Source of the DNA: a virus
Virus record (IMG/VR): IMGVR_UViG_3300029766_000013
Strand: one strand, 5' to 3'
DNA length: 40,859 nt
Made by a program: the position numbers and the translations under genes. Each line of letters opens with the position of its first letter. Positions within the stretch are counted from its first letter, which is position 1. Under the pieces are notes generated by a model. It saw nothing but the letters and a program-made list of their open reading frames with translations. It was not told the origin of the DNA and searched no databases. This document shows positions 25,720 through 34,183 of this stretch, one piece after another.

Positions 25720-26142
25720 TTACTTTTTTTCAAAAAATCTATTAAATTCTTTGCGAACGCCTTCTTCAGTTGCTCTTCTTCCCATCTTTCCAGCTACCTG
25801 CTGCCAGGTCAGTTCTTCAAAGACCTTGTATTTTATGATTCTCTGCATTCTTGGAGGAATTGTATTTAGCCACTCTTCCACGTTTATTTTTAACTGCTCT
25901 GCCTGGGATTTTCTTTCTTCCAAAATCTTCTTCTGATATCGAAGCTGGCTGTCATCTGCATAGTTAAATGTTGTTCCCTGGATTTTAAAATGTTGTGGGT
26001 TATAAGGAAACTCAGGGTTGCTCCCGGACACATTTGTCTGTATCACTGTCTTTTTCTTTCTGTTTAGCTTCTTGATTTCCTCTTCTGTTTCTTTGATCAG
26101 CTCACAGGCATCTATGTACTGACTTAAGATATTCTTGTCCAT
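25720..26142 (-). CDS. Putative late-gene transcriptional activator (sigma-70 region-4-like HTH, RinA/ArpU-like position)
   Basis: C-terminus IPPRMQRIIKYKVFEELTWQQVAGKMGRRATEEGVRKEFNRF looks like a region-4 HTH. It is the last regulatory-looking gene before the packaging module. Confidence 0.5.
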   Translation of the reverse strand: MDKNILSQYIDACELIKETEEEIKKLNRKKKTVIQTNVSGSNPEFPYNPQHFKIQGTTFNYADDSQLRYQKKILEERKSQAEQLKINVEEWLNTIPPRMQRIIKYKVFEELTWQQVAGKMGRRATEEGVRKEFNRFFEKK

Positions 26143-26306
26143 CGGTATCGCTCCCCTTTCACAAATTCTTCAAATCTGTATCACATATTGCTCACATTTT
26201 CTGGATATATTATTACCTGTACAGAGCAAAGAGTAATTGCAAATAAAACTTTTTCTTTTTCATACTTTTAGCCGGGAGCTGTTGATAGTTCCCGGCCTCC
26301 TTCTTT

Positions 26307-26489
26307 TTATCGGCTCCATTCCTTTCCAGATCCTAAATCTTTTATCCTGGTTATCTTTAATCCCATGCGGTATGCCATTGCTCTGAGTATGCAATAATCT
26401 CTATATGTATGCTCTGGCATATGATCTGCTGCCTGAATTGCTTTGCTGGCTGTCGGATCCGGATAGCCTTCTTTGTTCTTTCCTGTCAT
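26307..26489 (-). CDS. Small hypothetical protein (60 aa)
   Basis: ATG 26489 follows GGGAGGA. Starts MTGKNKEGYPDPTASKAIQAA. The longer listed start overlaps the upstream gene. Confidence 0.5.
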   Translation of the reverse strand: MTGKNKEGYPDPTASKAIQAADHMPEHTYRDYCILRAMAYRMGLKITRIKDLGSGKEWSR

Positions 26490-26491
26490 TC

Positions 26492-26740
26492 TTATGTCCT
26501 CCCACATAATTTTAAAAACCAGTTTCTTCGCATTTCCCATTCGGTCCATATTGGATCCTGTTTTGCAATGGCTGTATCTATCACTTCTATTGCATATCTA
26601 TGACCAATTGCATAATTTCCATAATAAGCTCCTGATACTGCACTTCCGGAACACTTCAGTCTTTCTGCTGCCTGTTTCAGCGTAACCGCCGGTTCTATAG
26701 TCTTTCCTGTCTTTATGTCTGTGATTTCATATAAATTCAT
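26492..26740 (-). CDS. Hypothetical protein (82 aa)
   Basis: ORF with an ATGA overlap to the upstream small gene. Confidence 0.5.
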   Translation of the reverse strand: MNLYEITDIKTGKTIEPAVTLKQAAERLKCSGSAVSGAYYGNYAIGHRYAIEVIDTAIAKQDPIWTEWEMRRNWFLKLCGRT

Positions 26741-26904
26741 TTCCTCTCCTCATAGAATCTGCATTCCTTGCAGTTCGTTCTGGCCGTAACATATTTGCCT
26801 TTGATGATGTGCATGTTTGGACAGGTGGGACGGGTGTATACTGCTACAGCTCCGATGTGTCCTGTACTATGTTTACATATTTCTGCTCTTTGTGCTATGT
26901 TCAT
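26737..26904 (-). CDS. Small Cys-rich protein (55 aa), below the ORF-track cutoff
   Basis: AAGGAGGACAT then ATG 26904. Translation MNIAQRAEICKHSTGHIGAVAVYTRPTCPNMHIIKGKYVTARTNCKECRFYEERK. Confidence 0.5.
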   Translation of the reverse strand: MNIAQRAEICKHSTGHIGAVAVYTRPTCPNMHIIKGKYVTARTNCKECRFYEERK

Positions 26905-26913
26905 ATGTCCTCC

Positions 26914-27273
26914 TTAAATATATTCTTCCTCCAGATAGTTTTTTCCAAACGTCTTTACGAATTGTTCCCTGCTACCACATTTCTCTTCAAATGCTCTCTG
27001 ACCGATCCGTTGCAGGGTAATCCTGACTTCTTTGTTCCTGTGTGCAGATATCTCTGATGTTCTGTGGCATTCCGGGCAAAGATATACGGTTAAGCCATAT
27101 TGCTCGGAGTATTTGCGGTTTGCACTACCATAGATGTGATGGCGTTCTGTATAGCCTGTTTTTCCGCAGATGAAACACTGACCTTTTGCATCTCTGTCTA
27201 TGATGCTTTTGTGGTGCTTCTTTCGTTTTTTTCTAATGGTTCCTTTTGGGAATAATAATCCTTCCTGATTCAT
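26914..27273 (-). CDS. Zinc-finger HNH/NinG-like protein
   Basis: The pattern CFICGK...ERHHIYG...LCPECH is CxxC...HH...CxxCH. ATG 27273 forms an ATGA overlap with the upstream stop. Confidence 0.45.
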   Translation of the reverse strand: MNQEGLLFPKGTIRKKRKKHHKSIIDRDAKGQCFICGKTGYTERHHIYGSANRKYSEQYGLTVYLCPECHRTSEISAHRNKEVRITLQRIGQRAFEEKCGSREQFVKTFGKNYLEEEYI

Positions 27274-27527
27274 ACCCAGCATCCTTTCATTGACGGTACA
27301 TCAAATTCTGTTCTCTGGAAGAATATCCCTATCCAGTATGTCTGAATATCTTTCTGCAGTTCTTCCAGTGTATCTTTTACAATCACGGTATCTGTTGGTT
27401 TGGTTAATTCAAATATTCTGCCTATGGATTTCGTCGGATAATCTTCCGGGTGTTCAAATACTGCAATGATTGGGAATCTGATGTCCTCTAAATTTATCTC
27501 CTGTATCGATGTGACGATCTTATCCAT
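27270..27527 (-). CDS. Hypothetical protein (85 aa)
   Basis: ORF in the early operon. No motif recognised. Confidence 0.45.
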   Translation of the reverse strand: MDKIVTSIQEINLEDIRFPIIAVFEHPEDYPTKSIGRIFELTKPTDTVIVKDTLEELQKDIQTYWIGIFFQRTEFDVPSMKGCWV

Positions 27528-27718
27528 TCATTTCTCCTTGAAATATTCCAGTTAAAGTCTTCTACTGCTCTGGTGGCTGCCTGTTTCTTCAGCTCTGCCA
27601 GACCGCCCCAGGGGTTGCAAAGAAAATTATGGAACCGGCGGCTACTGTAATGCATCCATCTCGGAGGATTCTGACCGGTTACTTTTCTAAATAATTTCTT
27701 TTTCTGTCTGAGATTCAT
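27494..27718 (-). CDS. Hypothetical basic protein (74 aa)
   Basis: ORF in the early operon, overlapping the next gene by 34 nt. Confidence 0.4.
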   Translation of the reverse strand: MNLRQKKKLFRKVTGQNPPRWMHYSSRRFHNFLCNPWGGLAELKKQAATRAVEDFNWNISRRNEWIRSSHRYRR

Positions 27719-27793
27719 TTTTCTCCTTTCCCCTTCCTGTGATTTGACAGGCTCACACAGGAAGGATGTATCTATGTGAATTTTAGGGCACCC

Positions 27794-29164
27794 TTAATCT
27801 TCCCAGGGTCTTCCGTTATGATCTACTTTTCCGTTTAGCCATTCATTCCAAAAGTCCGGATCCAGAAGTGTGTTGTATGTCTTGTTTGTAAACTGTCGCA
27901 TGGCTCTCGCTATATACTCAGCTGTGCCATAAGCTGTTAACGTATCTATATACTCTTTTCTGGTCTTAGGTTCTGCTGCCGGTGGCTCTGATCCGGATTG
28001 CGCCGGCGCAATTTCCTGTTCTTTCGGTTCTACGGGTTTGGGCATATATTCCGGATGGTTTTCAATGCTGTCCTGACCTGGAATCTGTGGTTCCGACTCT
28101 GGAAGTGCTGTTTCTTGACTTTTTTCTATGTTTTCCGATTGAGATTCCGGCGTTTCAGAATAGAAATCTGCTTTAGGCTTTCCTGGTACGGAGTCCTCTT
28201 TTTCTGGAACTGCTGTTTTTTGACCTTCTGTATGGTTATCCACAGAGTTTTCCACTTTTCCAGTTGGTTTTATTTTTTCTGGCTTCTTCTTTTCCAGTTT
28301 CTTTGCCTTTTGGACTTTGGGCTGTTTCTTATCTGGTTTGATTTCCTTTGGCTCTTCTCTTGGAAATTCTTCTCCGTACTGTTCTTTCCAGGATTCCTCT
28401 GGTCCGTTTGTGAAATCCATAAGTTTTCTAAATGCCGCCTCAAGCTGCTGCCAGGTGAAATCCTCTTTTTCCTGTGAACGGACATTGATCAATCTTACCT
28501 GTTGTTCGCTTAGTTTCAGCGATAAGAGTATGCGTCCTGTTCCCGGGATACGGAGGGAATAGATTTTCTCTTCATCCGGAGCCAGGATCTCTGCTGCTGC
28601 CTGGCTTTCATTTATGTAAAGGGTTTCGAACAAGTCTATATATATCTGCGGTTGATCTTTCCCCAGCTGATATGCCGTCTGTTCCAGGATAGAAGGAAAC
28701 TCTTCCTGTGTCTGATCTGTTTCTTCCATCATCACTTCCAGATCTGTGATCTCATTTTCCTCTTTCAGTTCCGCACTTAAGGCTCTTACATCTTCTTTGG
28801 AAAAGTTCTCTGTAATCTCGTCACTTATAATGTCCGGAAGCGTCAGCATCTCCATCAGGATTGTTTTGCCTATGCCGGTATATTTTTCTTTCAGTCTTCT
28901 GGAATATCCATCCTCTGAATATTTATCATTGAGCTGTATGTATCGCGTCGTCTGATCCGGGCGGAGTCCATATTCTGCACGGGCAAATTCTCCCATTGAA
29001 CTGTAGCCGGATTCCTGAAGGACTCCTGTGTCTCTTGCGACTTTAAGCTGATATCCCAGTTCTACAGCACCCTGGGCCATGGTCATTGCCCCTGTCCTTA
29101 TCTTTTCGACTGCAAGATCTGTGTCTCTTTTAAATCCCTGATAGTCTGTTGTCATGTTTTCCAC
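27794..29164 (-). CDS. Early protein with a helical (possibly DNA-binding) N-terminus, a long K/E/P-rich disordered linker and a small C-terminal domain
   Basis: 456 aa. The N-terminus has GYSSMGEFARAEYGLRPDQTTRYIQL (HTH-like). Residues about 270-400 are low complexity. Palindrome copy 3 lies in the linker. Confidence 0.5.
   Translation of the reverse strand: MENMTTDYQGFKRDTDLAVEKIRTGAMTMAQGAVELGYQLKVARDTGVLQESGYSSMGEFARAEYGLRPDQTTRYIQLNDKYSEDGYSRRLKEKYTGIGKTILMEMLTLPDIISDEITENFSKEDVRALSAELKEENEITDLEVMMEETDQTQEEFPSILEQTAYQLGKDQPQIYIDLFETLYINESQAAAEILAPDEEKIYSLRIPGTGRILLSLKLSEQQVRLINVRSQEKEDFTWQQLEAAFRKLMDFTNGPEESWKEQYGEEFPREEPKEIKPDKKQPKVQKAKKLEKKKPEKIKPTGKVENSVDNHTEGQKTAVPEKEDSVPGKPKADFYSETPESQSENIEKSQETALPESEPQIPGQDSIENHPEYMPKPVEPKEQEIAPAQSGSEPPAAEPKTRKEYIDTLTAYGTAEYIARAMRQFTNKTYNTLLDPDFWNEWLNGKVDHNGRPWED
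27997..28012. repeat. Palindrome ATTGCGCCGGCGCAAT (copy 3, inside a coding sequence)
   Basis: Read directly. Encodes I-A-P-A-Q-S, a different frame usage from copy 2. Confidence 0.9.
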
Positions 29165-31321
29165 TTATATCGCCTCCATAAAATCTTCTTCCAGTTTCTT
29201 CAGGACAAACGTATTCTGGTTTTTCTGAAGTTCCTTTATGTTCTGCTCCCTTAAAATGGCACTTTGGGCAGCGTGTTTCTTATCCTCTTTCGTGAGTCTC
29301 TTTTTGATTTCTTTCTGCCACAGTTTCAGAAATCCGCGTATTTCCTCTATCCCCGGTTCCTCATCATAGTAGGAACGGTTCTGGCGGATCGTGCCACCCG
29401 GTTCAAATTCTATTGTGTAGAACGGGATGCCCGGTTCCTCCTCCCGTCTCAGGAAACCTATGAAAGTCTCTCTGTTCTCTATCCGGTTAAAATATCTCTC
29501 AGAGCTTCCGGCGCAGTGATGCAGGGCATACCCTTCCCGAACGATCTCTACCGGGTTTTCCGGCATGATCATTCTGTAACCCTCTGCTGCAAATTCATAT
29601 TTTTCCTTTACTTCTTTCATTACTTCCGTTGTTCCAGGAAACTTTTCTTCCATTATCCGGGCTTCCTGCTGTCGTAATTCTGGATTTTCACTCATTCTTC
29701 TTACTGTGTCCAGTTTCTTTTTATCGGTTATCAGTTCGTCATGTCTCTGTTTCAGGTCTTTGGGCTTATAGAACAATTCGTCATTCAGATTTTTATTCTG
29801 TGCCTTGCGCATGAATAAATAATCCACCCATTGGCTTAATGCCCTTTGCGGCGTCCCATAATGCTTTCCTGCCTGCTTCCGGATATAATTTACAATCTGT
29901 TCTATACTCATTCTGTCTGTGATCTCATCCGGAAGTTCTTCGATTTCTTTTGTCGCGATTCTGTTTTCTTCCAGATAGTCCATGGTATTTTTCGGAATCT
30001 TACAGCCATAGGCTTCTGCATATTTGAGCCATTCCAACCGGATGCATCCACCATTCTCATCCCTGAGGCGATTGATCTTCTGTTTATCCGTCAGCCCCAT
30101 GACTTCTTCTATGCTGTTTCCATTTACGGATAAGGGTCCTGAATAAGAGCCATTATATGCCCAACATGATCTTGCAGTTTCCTTACACAGACGGTAAAAA
30201 CGTCCTTTTGCCAGATATTCCATCATAATTCCCAGCTTGCGAAGGCGACAACCTGCTGCCATGAGGGAATTGTAATTGAGCATGAGTCCCAGTCTTGCCA
30301 TCTCCACAAAAGCATTTGTCACACTTTCATACTCTGTTCCTTTTAATGCCTCCGGAATTCCTTTAGGATACAGAAAGCAATCCTCCATCCGTTTGTTTTG
30401 TGGGTTGCTTGTATACCAGTCACTTCTTATCAAACCGTTACTCCATTCATAGGTTTCCCCGTCCTGGTTGTAAAAGATCATATAGTTTGGTCTCACATGT
30501 CCTTTGTTATATAAAAGAATACGTACACCTTCCTCCAGAAAAACACGGTGACCATTTATACAGTGTTCAATTTCTGCCCTGTAGTGTCTGGCGACACCAT
30601 ATTCCGGAGTTATCCGTTCCAGCTTGCAGGCTCTTGTTTTGCTCCATATCCGCTGTGTTCTCTTTTTTACCACTGCTGGCTGTCCACATTCTGGGCATTT
30701 TCTGGTTTCTCCCTGTCTGGGTTTATCCAAATTCTTTTCCAGTATCTGAGAGCCGCAGTTACTGCATCCATAAGTGTTGTTTCCTTTGTTCCAGAAGAGA
30801 TATCTTTCTGTGCTGCAGATTTTATAAAGCCACTCTTTAAATTCTTCATCGTTATCTGTGATCCCTTCCATAAGCCGGTCAATCTTCCGGTATTTGTTAT
30901 CGAGACTGCGGAGACGCTTTTCTTTACCGTAATCCTCTTCCATGCTTTCGATCTTAGACAGAAGATATTTATCCGAATATACGGTCTGTACGGCATTTTT
31001 CACAGTTTCTATATCTTCTTTGGTATCCCACCTGACTTTTTCAAGTATTCTGGAATTATAAAAACTTTCATACAAAGGATCGTATCCCATGATCCGGATC
31101 AGCTTCTGGGTGTTCCAGTCTCCCTGTTCATATCTGCCGGCATGCTCCCCGGTTTCCGCGTTTAATACATAACGGCTGATATATCTGTTGTACCGGAACA
31201 GATCCAGAATCAGGTACTCTTTCTCAGTCTGGGCTTTTACAATGATCTTTTCTCCGATATCCTTTTTGTTCTTATGTCTGGGTATTGGTATCGGTACCTT
31301 TTCAATCAGCTTATATTTCAT
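29165..31321 (-). CDS. PcfJ-like protein
   Basis: The C-terminal block VREGYALHHCAGSSERYFNRIENRETFIGFLRREEEPGIPFYTIEFEPGGTIRQNR matches the PcfJ-like pattern. Zinc ribbon CSNCG...CPECG in the N-terminal half. Confidence 0.65.
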   Translation of the reverse strand: MKYKLIEKVPIPIPRHKNKKDIGEKIIVKAQTEKEYLILDLFRYNRYISRYVLNAETGEHAGRYEQGDWNTQKLIRIMGYDPLYESFYNSRILEKVRWDTKEDIETVKNAVQTVYSDKYLLSKIESMEEDYGKEKRLRSLDNKYRKIDRLMEGITDNDEEFKEWLYKICSTERYLFWNKGNNTYGCSNCGSQILEKNLDKPRQGETRKCPECGQPAVVKKRTQRIWSKTRACKLERITPEYGVARHYRAEIEHCINGHRVFLEEGVRILLYNKGHVRPNYMIFYNQDGETYEWSNGLIRSDWYTSNPQNKRMEDCFLYPKGIPEALKGTEYESVTNAFVEMARLGLMLNYNSLMAAGCRLRKLGIMMEYLAKGRFYRLCKETARSCWAYNGSYSGPLSVNGNSIEEVMGLTDKQKINRLRDENGGCIRLEWLKYAEAYGCKIPKNTMDYLEENRIATKEIEELPDEITDRMSIEQIVNYIRKQAGKHYGTPQRALSQWVDYLFMRKAQNKNLNDELFYKPKDLKQRHDELITDKKKLDTVRRMSENPELRQQEARIMEEKFPGTTEVMKEVKEKYEFAAEGYRMIMPENPVEIVREGYALHHCAGSSERYFNRIENRETFIGFLRREEEPGIPFYTIEFEPGGTIRQNRSYYDEEPGIEEIRGFLKLWQKEIKKRLTKEDKKHAAQSAILREQNIKELQKNQNTFVLKKLEEDFMEAI

Positions 31322-31874
31322 CGTCTTCCCTCCGTACCTCTCCGGAATTCAAAAAATATGTTCCGTCTTTATCGGCCAGAAAAACTCTGGCAGCTACAAT
31401 CACTCCGTTTATATCTTCCTCCATCAGCCCGCCTACTGCTCCGGTCTGTAAATAAACTTTCGGATTTCTTCCCCGTGCAATCGCAATCTCGTCTTTTTGT
31501 GCCCGCGCAATTTCCTGTTTTATCTGCAGATGGGCAGCTGTCCTTTCCCAATCCATTTTGGGATTCTGAATCATGTATTTCATGGATATCCCGGCAAATG
31601 CTTTTAAATCCAATTCTTTCACCAGGGTAATCTCTGTGCAGCAGCAGCGAAAATGCTGTTCTTCGTTGATGTCTCCTGCTGCCTCGATCAAAAAATATCT
31701 GTTTCCTGCGCCTAAAGGAAAATAGCTCAGGCAGTCTGGAGCATATTCAACGAAATGCCAGCCATTCCGGTATACTTTGCATTCCTTTTCTTTATAGGTT
31801 TTTCCCGGTTCAAGTTTTACTCCGGATCCGTATGAAGTAGCCAGTTCTTTTGAAAATCCTTTAATTCCCTGCAT
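31311..31874 (-). CDS. Hypothetical protein (187 aa from ATG 31874)
   Basis: MQGIKGFSKELATSYG... begins 2 nt after the upstream stop. The listed longer start overlaps the upstream gene. Confidence 0.5.
   Translation of the reverse strand: MQGIKGFSKELATSYGSGVKLEPGKTYKEKECKVYRNGWHFVEYAPDCLSYFPLGAGNRYFLIEAAGDINEEQHFRCCCTEITLVKELDLKAFAGISMKYMIQNPKMDWERTAAHLQIKQEIARAQKDEIAIARGRNPKVYLQTGAVGGLMEEDINGVIVAARVFLADKDGTYFLNSGEVRREDDEI
31496..31511. repeat. Degenerate palindrome copy (13/16) sharing the right flank GCGCAATTTCCTGTT with copy 3
   Basis: Compare TTTGTGCCCGCGCAATTTCCTGTT with GATTGCGCCGGCGCAATTTCCTGTT. Confidence 0.5.
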
Positions 31875-31875
31875 C

Positions 31876-32382
31876 TTACGCCTCCAGGTAATATTCTTTT
31901 GCAATCCTGCGCACGTCTGCCTTGGTCTCCCCGCCTTCATAGACCGGGCTGCGCATGGCTTCCTTTTTGCCATTCATACGAAATTCTGCCAGTTTCACAA
32001 TTGCGTCCGGTACCTGTATTGCGCACTCACTCGAAAAAGTGAGGATCTTCGCAAGGCATTCCGTCAATGATTTCTCTTTTTTTCTCACAGCAAGGCACAG
32101 TTCATCGTTTCCATCCAATAACGCCAGGATGGTATCTTTCTGATCAAGCTGATGTCCCTTTATTCCCAGTTCTTTCGCTTCACCTTCGATTTTGGCAACT
32201 GCTGCCATGTAAGGAGTTGCAAGAGAGTCCACGATATAATCCATGTAGTCTTCTGCATCTTCTTTTTCCAGACCGTTTTCCACTGCCAGGGTGACCAACG
32301 CTTCCAGATCACCTTCCTCTCTTTCCGCTGCTGCTGTGCGGATCAGTTCCTCATAATCCATCTTTCCAAATTTATCAAACAT
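31876..32382 (-). CDS. Acidic helical protein, possibly PcfK-like
   Basis: 168 aa, two genes upstream of the PcfJ-like gene in the same operon. The family call is from memory of the pcfJ/pcfK pairing and general sequence character only. Confidence 0.3.
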   Translation of the reverse strand: MFDKFGKMDYEELIRTAAAEREEGDLEALVTLAVENGLEKEDAEDYMDYIVDSLATPYMAAVAKIEGEAKELGIKGHQLDQKDTILALLDGNDELCLAVRKKEKSLTECLAKILTFSSECAIQVPDAIVKLAEFRMNGKKEAMRSPVYEGGETKADVRRIAKEYYLEA

Positions 32383-32402
32383 TGTGTTCTCATCTCCTTG
32401 TG

Positions 32403-32798
32403 TTAAAATTCCGTCTGGAATCTTACTGCATGACCGCTGAGCTGTTTATCTATCTCCTGCCAGAGGTCTGCATTTTTTAATTCCCGGTCCCCGCTTCTTT
32501 TCCATCCGTTTGTCTTCCATACGTTAAGGTTCTTATGACCATTTGCAAGATATTGGCAGGTTGTATGGATTGTGATCAGGGACGGTCTGCGTATTCTTTT
32601 CAGAGCGGCGATCAGTCCTAGCATGACAAGACGGTGCGGTGTGGTATCTTCTGCTTCTTCTCTGCCGCTGATCGGATTCCCCGGACCTTTGGGGAAATCC
32701 TGACTGGCAATGATGTATACGCACCTTCCTTTCTTTATCCTTGCGCTTTTGTCACTGACAATAAGGGAAATATCTACTCTTGCCATTTTCTGGTCCAT
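32403..32798 (-). CDS. RNase H-like protein (131 aa)
   Basis: AGGAGG lies 8 nt before ATG 32798. ...EAEDTTPHRLVMLGLIAALKRI...ITIHTTCQY...WKTNGWKRS...LKNADLWQEI fits the RNase HI D-E-D-D layout. Confidence 0.6.
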   Translation of the reverse strand: MDQKMARVDISLIVSDKSARIKKGRCVYIIASQDFPKGPGNPISGREEAEDTTPHRLVMLGLIAALKRIRRPSLITIHTTCQYLANGHKNLNVWKTNGWKRSGDRELKNADLWQEIDKQLSGHAVRFQTEF

Positions 32799-32800
32799 CT

Positions 32801-33556
32801 TCAAATCCTCCTGTCTATCTTTACAAGTGTGTAATGGCGGTATGCGTATCCTGTCACAGGATTGATCCCTTTTTTGATGGAATCCGGATCCACATAGTAA
32901 CCTTTGGGGGCTTTGGGTTCTCTGACTACTCCATCTTTGTCTATCAGGGAACGTCTTTTTATTTCTTTTCTGGCCGGTTCTTTGCGGATCAGGTTTCTGG
33001 ACGGATGATATGCTTTTGCTTTTTCCGGTTCCCATTCCTGTAAGGGTGTTGCTATGTACTCTGCCAGATCTCCGTTCTTCAGGTCGTATACAACTTTCAT
33101 GTTCGGATTCCCATGTGTCCAGAGTTCCCTGACAATCTTTTCTGTTCGGGTCTCTGTATTTGATTCGGCATTTAAGAGGATATGGATGTGGATCGCACCC
33201 CTCTTTCCTATCTGTGGTCTCCAGATATACTTTAAGATCCAACCGTATTTCCGGTATCTGGTCTGAAGCTGCCTTATGAATTTCTGCATATGCTTTATCA
33301 TCTCTTCCCAGCTTACTCTCTTGTCCTTCTGGTACGTGAGAGTGATCCAGCTGTCTCCGGTTGTGAAGTTCCACTTTACCAGTCTCCTGAGTTCTCTCAC
33401 CCTCTTCCACTGATTCTGCCTTATGATATCTTCCGGGGTGGGTTCCTTCTTCGGCTCCCTCTTCTGACCCCTTGCACCATATCTTCCTGTATGCTTTTCC
33501 TCTACCTCTAAGGTTTCCCCACAATCCCATGTATCTCTTATGTATCCACACTTCAT
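32801..33556 (-). CDS. HUH-motif (rolling-circle type) replication initiator-like protein
   Basis: KRGAIHIHILLN is an H-u-H motif followed by hydrophobics. A downstream Tyr candidate sits in GDLAEYIATP. Basic N-terminus. Confidence 0.55.
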   Translation of the reverse strand: MKCGYIRDTWDCGETLEVEEKHTGRYGARGQKREPKKEPTPEDIIRQNQWKRVRELRRLVKWNFTTGDSWITLTYQKDKRVSWEEMIKHMQKFIRQLQTRYRKYGWILKYIWRPQIGKRGAIHIHILLNAESNTETRTEKIVRELWTHGNPNMKVVYDLKNGDLAEYIATPLQEWEPEKAKAYHPSRNLIRKEPARKEIKRRSLIDKDGVVREPKAPKGYYVDPDSIKKGINPVTGYAYRHYTLVKIDRRI

Positions 33557-33663
33557 ATGTCACCCCGGTGTCGTAAGTTTAATACCCTTAATCAAGCCCT
33601 GAAGGGACTTCCCTGTCCCCTGAAAAAGGTTAAAAATATAGCAGGTTTTCTCCTGCTTAAATC

Positions 33664-33692
33664 TTGACTTTTCGCCACCTGGATGTTATATT
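33664..33692 (+). promoter_or_regulatory. Near-consensus sigma-A-type promoter on the plus strand
   Basis: TTGACT (33664-33669), 17-nt spacer, TATATT (33687-33692), with TG at 33684-33685. Confidence 0.6.
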
Positions 33693-33698
33693 TTTTAT

Positions 33699-33766
33699 AG
33701 GTTCGATATCCAAGTGGCAAAAGTCACCCCGGCTCATGTATTTGCGTTACATGAGTCTTTTTTATT
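33699..33766 (+). ncRNA. Predicted roughly 65-nt RNA with an anti-SD sequence for rep (countertranscript-like)
   Basis: The promoter above is followed by the hairpin CTCATGTA (33733-33740)/TACATGAG (33748-33755) and TCTTTTTT. The single-stranded GTCACCCCGG (33723-33732) is identical to 33559-33568, the complement of the rep Shine-Dalgarno region. Confidence 0.45.
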
Positions 33767-33971
33767 CTATGTGTTCGATCGGTCCGTAGAGTTCTTCCAT
33801 TCGTTTTGCATTTCGAATGGCATCTTCCAGCATTCCTATACAAGTTGCCAGTTTTCCGCTCTTAAATCGAACAATACGGATGATTCGTTGCTGATCTGGC
33901 GGGATCTTGACGGATTCTTTGGTTCTTCTGGAAATCTGTTCTACTTCCCTTATTCTTTCTTCTTCAGTCAT
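33762..33971 (-). CDS. Hypothetical protein (69 aa from ATG 33971)
   Basis: MTEEERIREVEQ... with an ATGA overlap to the upstream stop. Confidence 0.45.
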   Translation of the reverse strand: MTEEERIREVEQISRRTKESVKIPPDQQRIIRIVRFKSGKLATCIGMLEDAIRNAKRMEELYGPIEHIE

Positions 33972-34183
33972 TCTGTTCTCTCCCCGATCAGGTTTTTGAG
34001 ATACTGAATGCATTCTTCTGACCATTCTTCCATATACTCATTGTCTTCAAAGGCAAATACCTTTGCATTTGTTATAATCGTTAATGCTTTTGTGTTTGTG
34101 TCATAGTTGTATGCCACATAAATATTCTTTTCTTCAGCTTTGAGTACAAGCTCCAGAATCTCTCTTATTTTGTCTCTGAACAT
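33968..34183 (-). CDS. Hypothetical protein (71 aa)
   Basis: ORF in the early operon. Confidence 0.45.
   Translation of the reverse strand: MFRDKIREILELVLKAEEKNIYVAYNYDTNTKALTIITNAKVFAFEDNEYMEEWSEECIQYLKNLIGERTE

Noticed and set aside
27998-28477. 159-aa plus-strand ORF rich in F/L/W
   Set aside because: It runs antisense to the K/E/P-rich linker of 27794..29164. Its composition mirrors that low-complexity region.
32799-33563. N-terminal two thirds of the 386-aa ORF 32403..33563
   Set aside because: This arginine/lysine/glutamine-rich translation overlaps the HUH Rep frame. Only the last 131 codons, which have their own AGGAGG and ATG 32798, look like a real (RNase H-like) gene.
33714-34007. 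97-aa plus-strand ORF downstream of the strong plus-strand promoter
   Set aside because: A hairpin plus T-run at 33733-33766 should stop transcription within its first 20 codons, and the ORF runs antisense to two minus-strand genes. The promoter is better explained by a short RNA.
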